In this document: one piece after another, positions 9,939 through 18,790 of the stretch
How positions within the stretch are numbered: the stretch's first letter is position 1
Layout: each line of letters opens with the position of its first letter
NCBI GenBank assembly: GCA_038326615.1
Contig: JBBQKF010000002.1
Location: 1,155-65,154 of the forward strand
Length of the DNA stretch: 64,000 nucleotides
DNA from: Saccharofermentanales bacterium
GTDB lineage: Bacteria; Bacillota; Clostridia; Saccharofermentanales; UBA5734
Reading direction: 5' to 3'
Translations under genes and position numbers: made by a program
Notes under the pieces: model-generated
Databases searched by the model: none
The model's input: only the letters and a program-made list of their open reading frames with translations
Told to the model about the DNA's origin: nothing

Positions 9939-12173
9939 ATGAATGCAAAAATTGTTTTGAAAGAATCGACAAAAGAATTTGATAAAGAATACACTTATTC
10001 TGTTCCATCACAGTTTTTGTCAAAAATATGCCCTGGCGCGCGTGTAATTGTTCCTTTTGGGCGCGGTGATACCCAAAAAGAGGGATATGTTATTAGTGTT
10101 TCAGAAAGCAGCGATAATGATTTTTTTGTAAAATCTATTCTTTCTCTGGAATTACCTTGTCCAGTTATTAATGACGACCAATTGTTTCTTGTAAAGCAGA
10201 TTTGTAAAAAATACACATGCACAAATGGGGATGCTATCCGTCTTATGGTACCTGCACAAGTCAATGCTAAAGCAAAGACAAACAGAACAGCTTTTCTATG
10301 CAATCCATCGGAAGCGGCCGTTATGGTTGATTCAGGCGAGTTTAATAAAATAAATCAAATCAGAATTATTGAATTTTTGCTTGATTGTGAAGAAGCTCTG
10401 GTTTCAGACATAATTAATGCTTGTCAGATAACTCAGTCAACGCTTAATACTCTGGTAAAAAAACAAATAATTACATACGGGAAGCTTCTTGCTCCAATCG
10501 TGGAAGTTGAAATTCCTGAAACGACAATAGTTGAACATTTTAAACGTACACTAGAACAAGAAAAGGCTCTTAACACAATAATTAACTCCGAGTCTGATGC
10601 TTTTAATGAATATCTTTTATTAGGAATAACTGGCAGTGGTAAAACAGAAGTGTACCTTCAAACCATCCAGGACATCATTGACAAAGGTTATGGAGCGATT
10701 TTGCTTGTCCCAGAAATATCTCTTACACCTCAGATGATTTATCGAATGAAGTCCCGTTTCGGAGAAGGGGTATGCGTATTGCATAGCCGTCTTACCCCTA
10801 AAGAAAGATACGAACAGTGGAAAATGATCCTTGAAGAAAAAGTTAGTATTGTTGTAGGGGCAAGATCAGCTGTTTTTGCACCAGTCAAGGACCTTAAGCT
10901 TATAATCGTCGATGAAGAACAGGAATCCACATATAAATCAGAGACTCATCCGAAATATCACGCGATTGATATTGCAAGAATGAGAATGATTCATAAAAAC
11001 GGAATTTTGATACTTGGCTCTGCTACACCAAAAGTTGAAACATTTTATCATACACAAGCAGGCAAATCTACTCTTCTTTCGCTAACTGAAAGAATTGGAA
11101 ATGCAAAACTCCCTTCAGTTGAAATTGTTGATTTAAGAGAAGAACTTGCAAGTGGAAATAGAAGTATTTTTAGTCGCATCCTTAAGAAGAGGATGTTGGA
11201 TGCCTTCGAAAAAAAAGAACAAGTGATTCTCTTTCTTAATCGAAGAGGCCATTCGGGGTTTTACTTGTGCAGAGACTGTGGATTTGTGCCAAAATGCCTG
11301 TCCTGCAGTGTTTCTTTGACTTTTCATACCGCCAACAATGGACTAATATGTCACTACTGCGGACATATCCATCCTGTTCCGAAGAAATGCCCAAACTGCT
11401 CAAGCCCCAGAATTGGAGGCTTTGGCGCAGGGACCCAAAAAATCGAGGAGCTATGCCATCAAGAATTTCCCAATCAGACAATTCTTAGAATGGATCAGGA
11501 TACCACTGTGGGAAGAGGTTCACACGCAAGGATTTTGGAGCAATTCGAAAGCGGTAAAGCTGATATTCTTATTGGAACGCAGATGATTGCAAAAGGTCAT
11601 GATTTTCCAAATGTAACTGTGGTTGGGATTCTTTCGGCCGATTTAATGCTTGGAATGTCGGATTTCAGATCTTCTGAACGTGCTTTCCAACTTATTACTC
11701 AGGCAGCGGGTCGTGCAGGCCGGGGTGAAAAGAACGGGAATGTTATAATTCAGGCGTATAATACCGATGATTATGCTGTAACTTTTGCAGCTGCACAAGA
11801 TTACGCAGGGTTTTACAGGCAGGAAATTGCCTTTAGAAAAGCAATGAATTACCCTCCGTTTGGAGTTATTGGTGTAATTATTATATCCTCAATGAATGAA
11901 CGTTTGGCAATGGATGTTGCGCGAAAAATTCATTTTGAACTAACTGAATGTGAAAAGGATAATTGCGTCATGACTGATAATGAAAAATCTGTTGAAATCA
12001 TGGCTGTTGCGAAGGCTCCGATTTATAAAATTAGAGACCGCTTCAGATTGCGTATTGTGTTAAAAGCCAAATCAGAAGACACTGTGGTTAAATATTTTGA
12101 CCATGTGCATAAAGTAGAATCAATGGGGGACGCAATGATATCTTTTGATTTAAATCCTTATCAGATGCTATGA
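9939..12173 (+). CDS. priA: primosomal protein N' (replication restart helicase)
   Basis: Walker A GITGSGKT, DEEQ box, and Cys-rich zinc fingers CRDCG..C..C/CHYCG..CPNC. ATG at 9939 follows AAAGGAG; the ORF-track start 9885 is a less likely upstream ATG. Confidence 0.92.
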   Translation: MNAKIVLKESTKEFDKEYTYSVPSQFLSKICPGARVIVPFGRGDTQKEGYVISVSESSDNDFFVKSILSLELPCPVINDDQLFLVKQICKKYTCTNGDAIRLMVPAQVNAKAKTNRTAFLCNPSEAAVMVDSGEFNKINQIRIIEFLLDCEEALVSDIINACQITQSTLNTLVKKQIITYGKLLAPIVEVEIPETTIVEHFKRTLEQEKALNTIINSESDAFNEYLLLGITGSGKTEVYLQTIQDIIDKGYGAILLVPEISLTPQMIYRMKSRFGEGVCVLHSRLTPKERYEQWKMILEEKVSIVVGARSAVFAPVKDLKLIIVDEEQESTYKSETHPKYHAIDIARMRMIHKNGILILGSATPKVETFYHTQAGKSTLLSLTERIGNAKLPSVEIVDLREELASGNRSIFSRILKKRMLDAFEKKEQVILFLNRRGHSGFYLCRDCGFVPKCLSCSVSLTFHTANNGLICHYCGHIHPVPKKCPNCSSPRIGGFGAGTQKIEELCHQEFPNQTILRMDQDTTVGRGSHARILEQFESGKADILIGTQMIAKGHDFPNVTVVGILSADLMLGMSDFRSSERAFQLITQAAGRAGRGEKNGNVIIQAYNTDDYAVTFAAAQDYAGFYRQEIAFRKAMNYPPFGVIGVIIISSMNERLAMDVARKIHFELTECEKDNCVMTDNEKSVEIMAVAKAPIYKIRDRFRLRIVLKAKSEDTVVKYFDHVHKVESMGDAMISFDLNPYQML

Positions 12174-12468
12174 TGAAGTTATAAATAAGCTAGTAAGAAT
12201 TTATAAAGAAGCTAAATTAGGCAGTCTAGAAGTAATAATGAAAATGACAAGAAGTTGGAAAGATACTATAAAGAGGTTATAAAGAATCAATAAATAAGCA
12301 AATAAATAATTTTACGATCATCATTTACATTCAATAAATTGGTATATCGCAAAAAGCTAAAATAATAAATTTGTGGAAAAATATTCAAATTTTGGGTATA
12401 ATAATAATAAGGGTTATTTTTTACAAGTAATCTGGAATTTAATGTTTTAAAATGAAATAGGATAAGGA

Positions 12469-12942
12469 TTGGTGAACGACTTGGCACTTAGAACTGTTGT
12501 TAAAGAAGGCGATGAAATTCTACGCAAAAAATGTAGGGAAGTTACAGATTTTGATGAAAAATGCAAAACATTATTGGATGATATGAAAGACACGATGATA
12601 AATGCAAACGGAGTAGGAATTGCGGCTCCACAAGTAGGAGTTTTGAAACGTATTTTTCTAATGGATATACATGACGAGAATGGTCTTTTGGAATTTATAA
12701 ACCCAGTTTTTATCACAACGGAAGGCGAGCAAATTTCCTGCGAAGGATGCCTTTCGATTCCTGGATTTGAAGGAAGTGTTGCCCGTCCTGCCTATGTCAA
12801 GATTAAGGCTCAGGACCGAGACGGAAACGAGTTTGTTTATGAAGGTGAAGAATTAGCAGCGGTTTGTGTATCACACGAATACGACCATCTTGACGGCATT
12901 TTGTTTCGTGATAAAGTAGTTCCTGATGAAGATGGCAAATAA
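12469..12942 (+). CDS. def: peptide deformylase
   Basis: All three Def motifs are present: GVGIAAPQVG, EGCLSIPG, HEYDHLDG. Non-ATG (GTG) start at 12469. Confidence 0.93.
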   Translation: MVNDLALRTVVKEGDEILRKKCREVTDFDEKCKTLLDDMKDTMINANGVGIAAPQVGVLKRIFLMDIHDENGLLEFINPVFITTEGEQISCEGCLSIPGFEGSVARPAYVKIKAQDRDGNEFVYEGEELAAVCVSHEYDHLDGILFRDKVVPDEDGK

Positions 12943-13135
12943 TTTGTAATGTTTTACGTAATGTTTATAATTTACTTTATAACTCATTTACTACAATTTA
13001 AAATTATTTTTGATATAAACAAAAATTATCTGTAAAACTTGAATACATTAAAGAAATCTTTACTTAATTATTTAATACAAGGAAATTCGATTCAATAATT
13101 ATTACAAAAATTTTACGAAAAAACAGAACCATATT

Positions 13136-14155
13136 TTGAAAAACAACATCAAGGAGACCCATAATTTGGAAAATAATAACAATGAATCTTTTATAAATGC
13201 ACAATCACTCAAAGTCGTCTTTATGGGAACACCGGATTTCGCTGTGCCTTCATTAATGGCTCTGATTAAGCATAATTACCAGATTGCAGGGGTCGTTACT
13301 CAGCCGGATAAACCACAGGGGAGACATATGGTTATTACTCCACCTCCAGTAAAAGTTATTGCAATTGAAAATAAAATCCCTGTTTTCCAACCAGAAAAAA
13401 TCCGTGAAGAAAGTTTTAATAATATCATTAGGGAGATTTCTCCAGACTTAATTATCACCGCTGCATATGGGAAAATATTGCCTAAATCGATTCTTGAAAT
13501 TCCAAAGTTTGGATGTATTAATGTTCATGCATCCCTTTTGCCTAAATATAGGGGTGCAGCACCGGTTCAATGGTGTATAATAAATGGAGATTCTAAAAGT
13601 GGCATAACTATAATGGAAATGGATGTCGGAATGGATACTGGAAATATCATAAGGCAAGTAGATGTTGATATTCCATTTGATATTAATGCTGGTCAACTAA
13701 TGGACAGATTAGCTGTTGCAGGCGCTAGTATTTTGTCTGATACAATCCTTTCTTATTGCAATGGAGAGGTTAAGTCAGTTGCTCAGGACTCATCGCAGGC
13801 CACAGATGTTAAGCAAATAAGGAAAGAAGAAGGTCTTATTTCATGGAGTGAGAACATGGAAAATATTCATAACTTAATAAGAGGATGCAATCCATGGCCG
13901 GTTGCCTATACTTTTTTTAAGGGTAAACGAATGAAAATATTTGAAGCAAGACCGTGGAAAGATTTTTCTGATATTTGCTTTGAGAATAATCTTGATTTAC
14001 CACCTGGAAGTATTCTTGTTTCCGAATCAAAGACAAATCTTTATATAGCATGTGACGACGGGTTTGTAGAAATTATTGATTTGGCATTAGAGGGAAGTCG
14101 TAGGATGCTTGCAAGCGAATGTGCACATAATTTTCTTGAGGGTGTTTTGGGATGA
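13136..14155 (+). CDS. fmt: methionyl-tRNA formyltransferase
   Basis: VVFMGTPDFAVPSL N-terminus, HASLLPKYRGAAP motif, and a C-terminal Fmt domain. ORF-track start is TTG 13136. An in-frame TTG at 13166 preceded by AAGGAG is an equally plausible start. Confidence 0.88.
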   Translation: MKNNIKETHNLENNNNESFINAQSLKVVFMGTPDFAVPSLMALIKHNYQIAGVVTQPDKPQGRHMVITPPPVKVIAIENKIPVFQPEKIREESFNNIIREISPDLIITAAYGKILPKSILEIPKFGCINVHASLLPKYRGAAPVQWCIINGDSKSGITIMEMDVGMDTGNIIRQVDVDIPFDINAGQLMDRLAVAGASILSDTILSYCNGEVKSVAQDSSQATDVKQIRKEEGLISWSENMENIHNLIRGCNPWPVAYTFFKGKRMKIFEARPWKDFSDICFENNLDLPPGSILVSESKTNLYIACDDGFVEIIDLALEGSRRMLASECAHNFLEGVLG

Positions 14156-14336
14156 GAGCGTTGTTGAAAATATAAGTATCTTGAAATATTTATATAATTT
14201 AAAGTAAATATATTTAGGGAAAAAGTAATTATAGAAATAAATAGAAGATTAATAAACAAATATATAAGTAGGAAGATAAAGTGGAAAATATGATTATCCT
14301 TACGATTTTTAAATCATATTTTGACAGGAGGAAAAA

Positions 14337-15032
14337 ATGCTAAACTTTTTATATGGGGATATATGGTATATTGTCTTAGTATTACCGGCATTTGTTTTAA
14401 GCATGATTGCATCTATGATGGTCAAACGCACATTTAAGAAGTACGACCAGATGCCATCCTCTTCAAATTACTCAGGTGCAAGCGCTGCAAGAAAAATTCT
14501 TGACATGAATGGCTTACAGCAAGTTTCTATTGAAAGAGTTTCAGGGGAATTAACGGATCATTTTGATCCACGAACCAACATACTTCGATTATCACAATCA
14601 ACGCATGACTCAACATCAGTTGCTGCAATTGGTGTAGCAGCTCATGAAGCTGGACATGCTATACAACATGCAAATTCATATTTCCCAAACAAGATTCGTG
14701 GAGTATTAGTTCCGGTCGCAAATATCGGATCATCAGCAGGTCCTTACATTGCAATGATTGGTCTTTTCATGAGATTGCCATTGCTTGTAAATATAGGAAT
14801 TGTATTATTTGCTATTGCAGTTCTTTTTTATCTTATAACTTTACCAGTAGAATTTAACGCAAGCCACAGGGCGATGCACTTGCTTCGTGAATCCAATATT
14901 CTTTACGGAGATGAAATTACTGGTGCAAGAAGTGTTCTTACCGCAGCTGCGATGACTTATGTTGCATCATTACTTGTTGCGCTGGCAAGCCTTGCAAGAT
15001 TGATATTACTTTCACGGGGAAGACGCAGGTAA
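14337..15032 (+). CDS. putative neutral zinc metallopeptidase (YugP-like, Zn_peptidase_2), membrane-associated
   Basis: 231-aa ORF with HEAGHAIQH (HExxH) and N- and C-terminal TM segments. The position between fmt and rsmB is common in clostridia. Confidence 0.75.
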   Translation: MLNFLYGDIWYIVLVLPAFVLSMIASMMVKRTFKKYDQMPSSSNYSGASAARKILDMNGLQQVSIERVSGELTDHFDPRTNILRLSQSTHDSTSVAAIGVAAHEAGHAIQHANSYFPNKIRGVLVPVANIGSSAGPYIAMIGLFMRLPLLVNIGIVLFAIAVLFYLITLPVEFNASHRAMHLLRESNILYGDEITGARSVLTAAAMTYVASLLVALASLARLILLSRGRRR

Positions 15033-15152
15033 AAGAATATAGAATCTCAAGGAAAGATATTAAAGAATAAAATCGAGAATCAAACAGATGAAGCAAGGTC
15101 TGCAGGCGCAGAGCTTGTTTTTGACGTTCTGGAAAATGGATCATATACTAAT

Positions 15153-16460
15153 TTGTCACTTGAAAAAGCGTTTTCTGGTAAAAATCTTTCAGCTTTAGAC
15201 CGATCTTTTGCTACAGCGTTGGGTTATGGAACCATAAGTCGTGTTGTAACAATAGATGCTATAATATCGGAATTTTCTAAAATCCCAATTTCTTCAATCG
15301 AAAGTGGGATAAGAAATATAATACGTATTGGAGTATGGCAGATATTTTGGTCAAAGAGCATTCCAGATTTTGCAGCTTGTAATGAGAGTGTTAATCTTGC
15401 AAAGAAAATCTCAAATAAAGGTGCAGTCGCATTTGTTAATGGATTGTTGCGTAACATCATAAGAGAAAGAGACAATATAGAAAACAAATACATTAATAAT
15501 CCAAAAGACCTTTATATTCGGTGCTCACTACCAAGAGAACTATCTGGTTACTTCAAAAAATGGTTTGGCAATGAGCGCGCTATTACGATTTGTGATGTAA
15601 TGAATAATCCTCAGCCACCGACGGCACGAGTTAATACATTAAAATCAATTAAAGCAGAGCTTATCTCTGAACTTGAAATTAATGGGTATGGTATATCTGG
15701 TTCAGTTTTTATGGAAAATGCATTCACAATTTTAACGAACGGATCAATGCTTGAGAGTTTGCCATCATTCAAAAATGGCGAATTTGTTATTCAGGATGAA
15801 GCTGCGATGCTTGTTGGAATCATTGCTTCACCAAATCCTGGTGATACGGTTTATGATCTTTGCGCAGCACCGGGAGGCAAGACATGTCATATGGGAGAGC
15901 TGATGCATAATTCAGGAATAATTGTTGCTTGTGATATTCATCCTGCAAGACTTGAATTAGTGAGAGACAATGCCGATAAGCTTGGAATCACAATTATTGA
16001 TTATAAATGCCTTGATGCAAGTAAAATCAATAACGATATTCTACCAAAGGAAAGTGCGGATATCGTACTTGCTGATGTGCCATGTAGTGGACTTGGAATT
16101 CTAGGTAAAAAGCCTGATATTCGGCTTAATATGACACACGAGAAAATGATTTCTCTTTATCCATTACAACATGATATACTTAAAAATGCAGCATCGCTTG
16201 TAAACAATGGAGGAAATCTGATTTATAGTACGTGCACGATGAATCCAATCGAAAATCAAGATCAAATTGAAAGATTTATTGAGGAACACAAGGGGGAATT
16301 TGAAATGGTTGATATTTCTTCATTACTCCCGGATCAATTGATTAGAAAAGATCCGACCCTTATCGATACTGCAAAAAATGGAATGCTGAACCTATACCCT
16401 GACCTTCACGAATGTGACGGATTTTTCATTGCAAAAATGAAAAGGAAAAAGAATTTATGA
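15153..16460 (+). CDS. rsmB: 16S rRNA (cytosine967-C5)-methyltransferase
   Basis: NusB-like N-domain, SAM site DLCAAPGGKT, and catalytic DVPCSGLG and YSTCT. Homology clearly continues upstream of the first canonical start (see finding), so the 5' end is uncertain. Confidence 0.88.
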   Translation: MSLEKAFSGKNLSALDRSFATALGYGTISRVVTIDAIISEFSKIPISSIESGIRNIIRIGVWQIFWSKSIPDFAACNESVNLAKKISNKGAVAFVNGLLRNIIRERDNIENKYINNPKDLYIRCSLPRELSGYFKKWFGNERAITICDVMNNPQPPTARVNTLKSIKAELISELEINGYGISGSVFMENAFTILTNGSMLESLPSFKNGEFVIQDEAAMLVGIIASPNPGDTVYDLCAAPGGKTCHMGELMHNSGIIVACDIHPARLELVRDNADKLGITIIDYKCLDASKINNDILPKESADIVLADVPCSGLGILGKKPDIRLNMTHEKMISLYPLQHDILKNAASLVNNGGNLIYSTCTMNPIENQDQIERFIEEHKGEFEMVDISSLLPDQLIRKDPTLIDTAKNGMLNLYPDLHECDGFFIAKMKRKKNL

Positions 16461-16540
16461 TATTGAGAATTTATTTCAGGAATAATAATTTAACTTAATT
16501 TAAATATTTGTTTTTAATAGAATAAAAGAACAAAATTAGA

Positions 16541-16875
16541 AGTGAAACAAAAAATTAAAATTAGAAACAAAAAATTAAAAGTAGAACTAAAATATCAAAA
16601 GTAGAAACAAAAAATTAAAATTAGAAACAAAAAATTAAAATTAGAAACAAAAAATTAAAAGTAGAAATAAAAAATCAAAAGTAGAAATAAAAAATCAAAA
16701 GTAGAAATAAAAAATCAAAAGTAGAAATAAAAAATTAAAAGTAGAAATAAAAAATTAAAAGTAGAAATATAAAATTAGAAGTGAAACAAAAAATTAAAAG
16801 TAGAAATAAAAAATTAAAAGTAGAAATAAAAAATTAAAAGTAGAAATAAAAAATTAAAAGTAGAAATATAAATAA
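16541..16875. repeat. 20-bp tandem repeat array, ~17 units, between rsmB and rlmN
   Basis: Unit GTAGAAATAAAAAATTAAAA with variants (TTAGAAACAA..., ...ATCAAAA). Units are contiguous with no spacers. Confidence 0.95.
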
Positions 16876-16976
16876 AAGAATAAACTGGAAATATACAAAA
16901 AAGAGAAAAAGATATCAGAAATAAAATACTAATGAAGGATAATTTGAATATTGTTATTTAAAAATTGGAGGAAAAA

Positions 16977-18041
16977 GTGGAAGCTACAAACGTAGTGCTC
17001 GGCAATAGATATCTTTATGATGTCTCGTATCCCGAAATAGAAGAATGGGTTAAAACAAAGGGATATCCCAAATTCAGGGCAAAACAGATTTTTCAATGGA
17101 TTTCTAAAGGCGTTACTTTATTTGATCAGATGTCGGATTTATCAAAAGAAATCCGTAGTACTTTATCTGAAGATTTTTATATTGATGGCGTGGTAATTGA
17201 GCATAAGCTTGTGTCAGCAATTGATGAAACAATCAAATATATAATTCGTTTAAAGGATAACAATGTTATTGAGTGTGTCTTGATGAGATACCATCACGGG
17301 AACAGCATCTGTATTTCTTCGCAGGCCGGGTGTAGAATGGGCTGTACTTTTTGCGCATCTACGGGAGCTGGGTTTGGAAGAAATTTAAGTTTTGGAGAAA
17401 TGCTTGCTGAAGTTGCAATTGTCAGTGCAGATATCGAAGATCGGATTTCAAATATTGTAATTATGGGCATTGGAGAGCCATTTGACAACTACGAACAGTT
17501 GATTTTATTCCTAAAAGCCGTAAATGACCCTAACATTATAGGAATTGGTATGAGACATATTTCAGTATCGACTTGCGGACTTGTCGATGAAATGATAAAA
17601 TTTACAAAGGAAGGATTGCCTGTAACTTTATCGATATCTTTACATGCACCAAATGATGTAATCCGAAAGAAAATTATGCCAATTGCAAACAAGTATTCAA
17701 TGAAGGAATTACTTGATGCCTGCAGGACGCACGTAAGGGTGACAGGAAGAAGAATAACTTTTGAATATACAATGTTCAGTGGCATAAACGATTCGCCCGT
17801 CCATGCAAGGGAACTAGTAAAGAATCTCAAAGGAATTCTTTGTCATGTTAACTTGATTCCGGCAAATGAATTTGAGGGAAGTGCTTTTAAGAAAAGCAGT
17901 AAAGAAGCGATACAGGAATTCAAGGAAATTCTAATAAACAATGGAATGAATGCAACAGTAAGAAGAGAACTTGGCACAGATATACTTGCCGCTTGTGGAC
18001 AACTAAGAAGAACAATAGAAGAAGGAGAAATACAGCTTTGA
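16977..18041 (+). CDS. rlmN: 23S rRNA/tRNA (adenine-C2)-methyltransferase, radical SAM
   Basis: RlmN/Cfr family with radical-SAM cysteines GCRMGCTFCAS. GTG 16977 lies 5 nt after GGAGG; the ORF-track TTG 16965 overlaps that RBS. Confidence 0.92.
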   Translation: MEATNVVLGNRYLYDVSYPEIEEWVKTKGYPKFRAKQIFQWISKGVTLFDQMSDLSKEIRSTLSEDFYIDGVVIEHKLVSAIDETIKYIIRLKDNNVIECVLMRYHHGNSICISSQAGCRMGCTFCASTGAGFGRNLSFGEMLAEVAIVSADIEDRISNIVIMGIGEPFDNYEQLILFLKAVNDPNIIGIGMRHISVSTCGLVDEMIKFTKEGLPVTLSISLHAPNDVIRKKIMPIANKYSMKELLDACRTHVRVTGRRITFEYTMFSGINDSPVHARELVKNLKGILCHVNLIPANEFEGSAFKKSSKEAIQEFKEILINNGMNATVRRELGTDILAACGQLRRTIEEGEIQL

Positions 18042-18772
18042 TTTATGGGTCAGCAACTGATAAAGGATTAATTCGTTCAAACAATGAAGATTCCTATCAG
18101 ATTTATTCAAATAGTGGAGGATATCCTGTTGTGGTAATCCTTGCAGATGGAATGGGAGGTCATCGTAAAGGTGAACTTGCAAGCCGTATTGCAGTTGATT
18201 ACGCTTTTGAGAAAATCTCCAATTCTATTCTGAAATGCTCTACTGTAGAGGAAATATCAAACTTTCTTGTAGACATTGTTGAGAAAGCAAATGTAAAAGT
18301 TTATCTAGGTGCTCTTGATGATCCTGAGAATCATGGTATGGGAACAACATTATCTTTAGCTGCAATTTTTGAAGAAACCCTTATCGTTTCACATGTTGGG
18401 GATTGCAGAGTATATTTGTTGCGCAAAAATTCTTTAATGAGAATAACTGTTGATCATACTTTAGTTCAGGAGTTAGTCGATTCCGAAAATATAACGTCAG
18501 CACAGGCGATGAAACATCCAAAAAGAAATATTCTTACGAGGGCTTTGGGGGTTCCTGAATATATGACTGCTGACATCTACACGGTTTCTTTAGAAAAAGG
18601 GGATAGAATTTTACTATGCTCCGACGGACTTCATGGCTTTGTAGAGGAATCAGTTATTAAAACAATTCTAAAAAGAGAACGCAATCCGGCTTTGGCAACT
18701 CAAAAACTTGTCGCATATGCCAATTCATCAGGCGGAGAAGACAATGTTACTGTAATAGCGGCATACTTATAA
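18038..18772 (+). CDS. stp: PP2C-family Ser/Thr protein phosphatase
   Basis: TDKGLIRSNNEDS, LADGMGGH, GTTL and CSDGL PP2C motifs. TTG 18038 follows GAAGGAG and overlaps the rlmN stop. The track start 17993 would overlap rlmN by 49 nt. Confidence 0.85.
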   Translation: MIYGSATDKGLIRSNNEDSYQIYSNSGGYPVVVILADGMGGHRKGELASRIAVDYAFEKISNSILKCSTVEEISNFLVDIVEKANVKVYLGALDDPENHGMGTTLSLAAIFEETLIVSHVGDCRVYLLRKNSLMRITVDHTLVQELVDSENITSAQAMKHPKRNILTRALGVPEYMTADIYTVSLEKGDRILLCSDGLHGFVEESVIKTILKRERNPALATQKLVAYANSSGGEDNVTVIAAYL

Positions 18773-18790
18773 TTGGAGGATAATATTTTG

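Noticed and set aside
16541-16875. Regular 20-bp repeat array that could be mistaken for a CRISPR array
   Set aside because: Units are contiguous with no unique spacers. The unit is only 20 bp and almost pure A/T/G. No cas genes or leader are present. It is a minisatellite.
17993-18037. ORF-track start of the PP2C phosphatase overlapping rlmN by 49 nt
   Set aside because: PP2C homology begins at ..YGSATDKG. A TTG at 18038 with a GAAGGAG RBS gives the usual stop/start overlap.
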